Below are positions 59,866-64,000 of a stretch of DNA of 64,000 nt, one piece after another (position 1 is the first letter of the stretch; the number at the start of each line of letters is the position of its first letter). Both the position numbers and the translations under genes were made by a program. The stretch is from positions 85,925 to 149,924 of the IMG/VR virus record IMGVR_UViG_3300028048_000064; one strand, 5' to 3'. The notes below the pieces were generated by a model. That model saw nothing but the letters and a program-made list of their open reading frames with translations, had not been told where the DNA came from and made no database searches. The stretch comes from a virus. Taxonomy: Duplodnaviria; Caudoviricetes.

Positions 59866-60233
59866 TTATAATGCTGTTGGTGGTTGCAATTATTTCTTAT
59901 ACTGTTATCATGATGGTACAGTATCAAGAGACAATTGAAAAAACTGTTCCTAAGAAACGCTGTGAGTATTGTGCCAATTACATAAGATATGATATTTTTA
60001 AGCAAAAGTGTTCTTGGTTTAGACGGGACGGTGAATGCGCTAAATATTGCAATTTCTATGTGGAACTGCCAAAATGCCCGAAATGTAATAAACCTGTTAT
60101 TGTGAGGAATTGGAGTTCAAGATTTATTGGGCATGGTTATTTTGCAGAATGTCCGTCATGCGATTATCATACAGAAGTAATTTGGACTAAGGAAGACGGT
60201 AAGGAAATTATAAAAGAGGTAAATAATGCTTAA
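59850..60233 (+). CDS. Membrane-anchored Cys-rich protein
   Basis: N-terminal TM; CxxC motifs. Confidence 0.5.
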   Translation: MEIQVIIMLLVVAIISYTVIMMVQYQETIEKTVPKKRCEYCANYIRYDIFKQKCSWFRRDGECAKYCNFYVELPKCPKCNKPVIVRNWSSRFIGHGYFAECPSCDYHTEVIWTKEDGKEIIKEVNNA

Positions 60234-60801
60234 TATAATAAAGGATAAAGAGCCTATTTGGGAAACCGATAAATATGATGTGATATTGGTAGGTACAAGT
60301 ATATATTGCATGCTTACCAATGGGTTTCAGTCTAAGATGAGGTTAAAATATCCATATATAGATGCAATTAATGACTCAACGAATTATGGAGACTCAAGGA
60401 AATTGGGTAAGAGGATGACCATACAGGGGAAGCCCATTATATCTCTGATGTATATTGCCAATTATCCACATAGGAAAAGAGTATTTGTTGATTACGATGC
60501 ACTTGAGCATGCTATGGCCACAGCAAATGCTGAATTTAAGGGTAAGAAAGTATTAACCACCATGTTAGGTTGTTCAAGGTTTGATGGAAATGGTGATAGG
60601 GATAAGGTATTGGAGATATTGAAGGCTAATAGTTACAATATGGATTTGGATGTTTATGATTACATCCAATTAGAAAAGAGAAAAGAGATTTCTTTATATT
60701 TCAAGAAGTTGAGGTCAATTGAGTTTACAGAACCGGAGAAGTTCAATCAATTATGGCCAATTAAGAAACAGTTAATTAAGGAATTATATTTAGAATTTTA
60801 A
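60226..60801 (+). CDS. Hypothetical protein, possibly macro-domain-like
   Basis: YDVILVG...M..GF...KYP, DYDALEHAM, MLGC..DG pattern (weak). Confidence 0.45.
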   Translation: MLNIIKDKEPIWETDKYDVILVGTSIYCMLTNGFQSKMRLKYPYIDAINDSTNYGDSRKLGKRMTIQGKPIISLMYIANYPHRKRVFVDYDALEHAMATANAEFKGKKVLTTMLGCSRFDGNGDRDKVLEILKANSYNMDLDVYDYIQLEKRKEISLYFKKLRSIEFTEPEKFNQLWPIKKQLIKELYLEF

Positions 60802-60810
60802 TTTTTGTTA

Positions 60811-61350
60811 ATGATTAAAGGTAAGAAAGGCAGTAATGCAATTAATGAGCCGAGAATTAATGATGAAATCGTCGGCTGTGAGAGTGTAAGGCTTATTTAT
60901 GAATCTGTGAAGGCGAGAACAAGTCATATTATTTCAATTGATGAGGCACGTCGGATGGCAGAGAAATTGGGTAAGGATTTGATTGAGATAAATGGTAAGG
61001 CAGAGCCTCCAATTGTCAAGATTGAGGATTATTCGAAATATCTGTATGAATTGAAGAAGCAGTTGAAGAATAGCAAGAAACCATCGGTTGCATTAAAGGA
61101 GATACAGTTAAGCACTAACATTGCATCAAATGACTTGAATATAAAGGCTAACAAGGCACGTAAATTCATTTCTGACGGCGATAAGGTGAAGGTTGTATTA
61201 ACTATGAGAGGACGTGAATTATCACGTCGTGATGACTCTAAAAAGTGTATCTATGAGTTCATTGATATGCTGTCTGATGTATCAGTTCCGGAGGCATTGC
61301 CGCGTGATGAGGGTAATAAGTGTATTGTAATGCTTAAAAAGAAAAAATAA
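60811..61350 (+). CDS. infC: Translation initiation factor IF-3
   Basis: RINDEI..VRLI, DLIEI..PPIVKI.DY.KY.YE, KEIQL..I..DL..K...F...GDKVKV...RGRE. Confidence 0.92.
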   Translation: MIKGKKGSNAINEPRINDEIVGCESVRLIYESVKARTSHIISIDEARRMAEKLGKDLIEINGKAEPPIVKIEDYSKYLYELKKQLKNSKKPSVALKEIQLSTNIASNDLNIKANKARKFISDGDKVKVVLTMRGRELSRRDDSKKCIYEFIDMLSDVSVPEALPRDEGNKCIVMLKKKK

Positions 61351-61366
61351 ATTAAAATATTTTTTT

Positions 61367-61756
61367 ATGGATAATATTAAGGAAAAAATCAATGAGATTG
61401 ATGAACTGCTTGACAGGGCGACAGGCAGGACAACAAGGCTGATAGACCAATATGTTCAGGATATCTTCAATCATCCAAATGAGTGGCAGAAAATTACAGA
61501 CCACTGGCAGGATATGTATCCTAAACGTACAAGTCGTCATATTTTCGACAAACTGATGAATAGGCTGCGTAATGAGCATCCAGGAGAACAGTTTGAGCAT
61601 CGTTGGACTGATAACTATAAGGAAGTACGTTTGGTTAAACAGAATAGTAGTGATGTTGATAGATATAAGTTATCTGAGGTTAAACGTCTTTTTGGTGAAA
61701 TTAAGGAATTATATTCGAAACGTACAAAATATATTTTGAATGAGTGTAATTGTTAA
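61367..61756 (+). CDS. Hypothetical protein
   Basis: 129 aa; RATGRTTRL motif. Confidence 0.55.
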   Translation: MDNIKEKINEIDELLDRATGRTTRLIDQYVQDIFNHPNEWQKITDHWQDMYPKRTSRHIFDKLMNRLRNEHPGEQFEHRWTDNYKEVRLVKQNSSDVDRYKLSEVKRLFGEIKELYSKRTKYILNECNC

Positions 61757-62621
61757 TTGTAAATCAAAGGATTTTTCCTATGTACAGCGTAATAGTTTAA
61801 CAGTATCATATTTTGATGATATACGTAGTTACCCTGTATTGTCAAGTATGGAAGAACGTAAATTACTTGAAAGAACGAAGTCAAATAACCCTGTTATTGC
61901 TACTAAGGCAAGACAGAGGCTTATTGAATGTAATCAACGTTTTGTTGCATCTGTTGCTAAACATTGGCAGAATGGTGACAATCTGATGGATTTGATAAAT
62001 GAGGGAAATATTGGTTTGATGCATGCCATTGACAATTTTGACCTTAACAAGAAGCATAGGCTTATTACGTATGCTGTTTGGTGGATAAGGAAATACATCA
62101 ATGAATATGTGATTTTCAAGGAAAAGGCAATTGTACCGGCCGGTGCGTTGAAACTATACACATATGTACCGAAGGTTAGGAATAATTTCTATGCAGAAAA
62201 CCATAGGTTGCCCACATTTGAGGAAACAAAGGAGATACTTAGAAAGAAGTATAATGTATCAGTTCCTCATGATGAGGATTTGGAGATATTATCATATGCC
62301 CATATTGATGATGTGTATTTTGAACCTAATGAGAATGCATTGAGTAATGATAACGTCATGTTTGAGAATGTGACATCAAGTAATAATATTGAAGAGGAAA
62401 CTGATAGGGCAGATTTATGTAAATCTGTAAGGAATTTGCTTCAATATCTTACAGATAGGGAGAAGAAGATTATCAAGTTATTCTACGGTATTGACTGTCA
62501 TGAAAGAGGGCTTGTTTCTATCAGTGAAGAAATGGGGCTTTCAGTGGAGAGAATTAGACAAATTATCAATTCATCATTGAAAAAGATGCATAAGAAGGCT
62601 AATTTAATAAGGGAATATTAA
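61740..62621 (+). CDS. Second RpoD/sigma70-family sigma factor
   Basis: LIECNQRFV, DLINEGNIGL.AID.FD, TYAVWWIR, LSVERIRQI. Confidence 0.9.
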   Translation: MSVIVNCKSKDFSYVQRNSLTVSYFDDIRSYPVLSSMEERKLLERTKSNNPVIATKARQRLIECNQRFVASVAKHWQNGDNLMDLINEGNIGLMHAIDNFDLNKKHRLITYAVWWIRKYINEYVIFKEKAIVPAGALKLYTYVPKVRNNFYAENHRLPTFEETKEILRKKYNVSVPHDEDLEILSYAHIDDVYFEPNENALSNDNVMFENVTSSNNIEEETDRADLCKSVRNLLQYLTDREKKIIKLFYGIDCHERGLVSISEEMGLSVERIRQIINSSLKKMHKKANLIREY

Positions 62622-62649
62622 TTTAAGAAAAAGTAAAATATAGAATACT

Positions 62650-63207
62650 ATGGCAAAAGTAACAATTACATTTACAGAGCAGCATATCAAACTTATTCGC
62701 TGTCTGAGGTTTAAGCAAATTGAGATTAGGCATGAGAAGTCAGAACTTACCAAGTATACGAATTACATTAGACGTAGGCTTAATGATGACTTGAAGGATG
62801 ATAGCCTTATTGAAGACATTGAAACAAAACTTAATGCAATTGACCGTGCATCTAATATATCCAAGTCATATGCTGTTGAGGATAATGACAAGTATTATGG
62901 TATTGACACTTATGATTTGTTCAACTGTGACTATTGGTATGACCAAATGGCTCACATTGTTGGATTGTCAGATAAGGTAATCCCCGGAACGGAAGAAGAT
63001 ACAGACGGACCGAAGTATCCACAAGAGGTAATTGAGGAACTGAGAGCACTTGATGATTTCCTTGTTACCAATTTGCAAAGCATTGAGGATATTATCCATC
63101 AGTTCTGTGATAGGGGCGGTATTAAGCCCAATGTCAAGTATATCTCATATGACTATGAAGGTATTTGGCATACAGAGGAAGAGTGGAAAGCACTTGGAAG
63201 AAGATAG
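62650..63207 (+). CDS. Hypothetical protein
   Basis: 185-aa ORF. Confidence 0.55.
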   Translation: MAKVTITFTEQHIKLIRCLRFKQIEIRHEKSELTKYTNYIRRRLNDDLKDDSLIEDIETKLNAIDRASNISKSYAVEDNDKYYGIDTYDLFNCDYWYDQMAHIVGLSDKVIPGTEEDTDGPKYPQEVIEELRALDDFLVTNLQSIEDIIHQFCDRGGIKPNVKYISYDYEGIWHTEEEWKALGRR

Positions 63208-63273
63208 AATATACATATATACAAAAATGCCTCCTTTTTAGATATTGGAGGCATTAATTATTCATATAATTCT

Positions 63274-64000
63274 TTCAAGGAAACTCCATCCTTTAGGGTG
63301 GAGAGGAATTGAAAGTAGCCTTTTATTATTAAACTTATTTATTTTTCATTTGCAAATATACAACGTTTTCGGCAGAAAACAAAATATTTTTTTGCAAAAA
63401 ATACTTAATTATTGAGAATTTTTATAATTATTAACATATTTATATATAAATAACAACTAATACAAATGTACCTGACAACAAAAGTACAACTCACACAGAG
63501 CAACAAGGATAATATTAACCTTGATATACTCTATAAACTTGCATACCACAATGCAAGACTATACAACGTGGGGTTGTATAACGTCAGACAACATTTCTTC
63601 AACACTAACTCATACCTATCATACTTCTCTAACCATACAGAGTGCCAAACAAACGAAAACTATGCACTACTGCTTACAGACTGCGCACAGCAGACACTAA
63701 GACTGGTAGATAGAGATATGAACTCATTCTTTAAACTACTTAAAGCAAAAAAATACGGAAAGTATTCATTCCCAGTACACCTGCCAAAATATAAGGATAA
63801 GGAAGGAATTATGCCTTTCGCAGTACAAGGACGCTCATGCAGAATACAGAAAAACGGTACCGTGGCAATTGGCCTTACAAAGGAGTTTCGTGAACTATAC
63901 GGAATAACCGAAAGACGTTTCCTTATCACAATACCACGTAATCTACGTGATATACCGGTATTCAAGGAAATGAGGTTTATACCAAGGTACGGAGGAAAGG
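63274..64000 (+). mobile_element. IS200/IS605-family element: left-end hairpin plus tnpB (runs off window)
   Basis: LE CAAGGAAACTCCATCCTTTAGGGTGGAGAGGAATTG resembles the MITE left ends. Confidence 0.7.
63466..64000 (+). CDS. tnpB: TnpB, 3'-truncated by window edge (not in ORF track)
   Basis: Manual translation MYLTTKVQL...LAYHNARLYNVGLYNVRQHFF...NENYALLLTDCAQQTLRLVDRDMNSFF...LPKYKDK. Confidence 0.75.
   Translation, partial: MYLTTKVQLTQSNKDNINLDILYKLAYHNARLYNVGLYNVRQHFFNTNSYLSYFSNHTECQTNENYALLLTDCAQQTLRLVDRDMNSFFKLLKAKKYGKYSFPVHLPKYKDKEGIMPFAVQGRSCRIQKNGTVAIGLTKEFRELYGITERRFLITIPRNLRDIPVFKEMRFIPRYGGK

Noticed and set aside
1-64000. Stop-codon reassignment (code 15 or 4) as in some gut jumbo phages
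   Set aside because: Long conserved genes are intact in the standard code, and TAG/TGA terminate genes at expected ends (e.g. RuvC-like, Avd, AAA-M41)

Overview
This is an AT-rich 64-kb segment of a large (jumbo-type) tailed phage using the standard genetic code. The host is almost certainly a Bacteroidota: there are at least 10 copies of the TTTG-N19/20-TAnnTTTG promoter, the tmRNA tag is GETTYALAA, and BACON-like domains occur. From left to right it carries: (1) putative virion genes; (2) SbcD/SbcC, a RuvC-like resolvase, primase and a sigma70; (3) a solo TnpB; (4) acidic head-type and membrane proteins; (5) three DNA methyltransferases and ClpP; (6) Ro60/TROVE; (7) a complete diversity-generating retroelement with Avd, TR, RT and one target gene holding two variable regions; (8) a ~12-kb RNA island (38.5-50.4 kb) with >20 tRNAs, tmRNA, three free-standing endonucleases, an ATP-dependent RNA ligase, group-I-intron remnants, two TnpB-type MITEs and many unannotated structured RNAs; (9) a proteostasis/translation block (AAA-M41 protease, sHSP-like, DnaK, DnaJ, Nudix, IF3, second sigma70); (10) a second, truncated TnpB. 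The most unusual content is in the RNA island. Three 'nested' tRNA genes (Phe, Tyr, Met) have anticodon loops interrupted by an insert that is itself a tRNA-like molecule flush with one exon boundary. Five Y-RNA-like stems (TAGTGA..GTTACTTCGA) are fused to tRNAs in four different topologies. Together with phage Ro60 and RNA ligase, these suggest an undescribed tRNA-processing or tRNA-decoy system. All calls were made by eye, without database searches.
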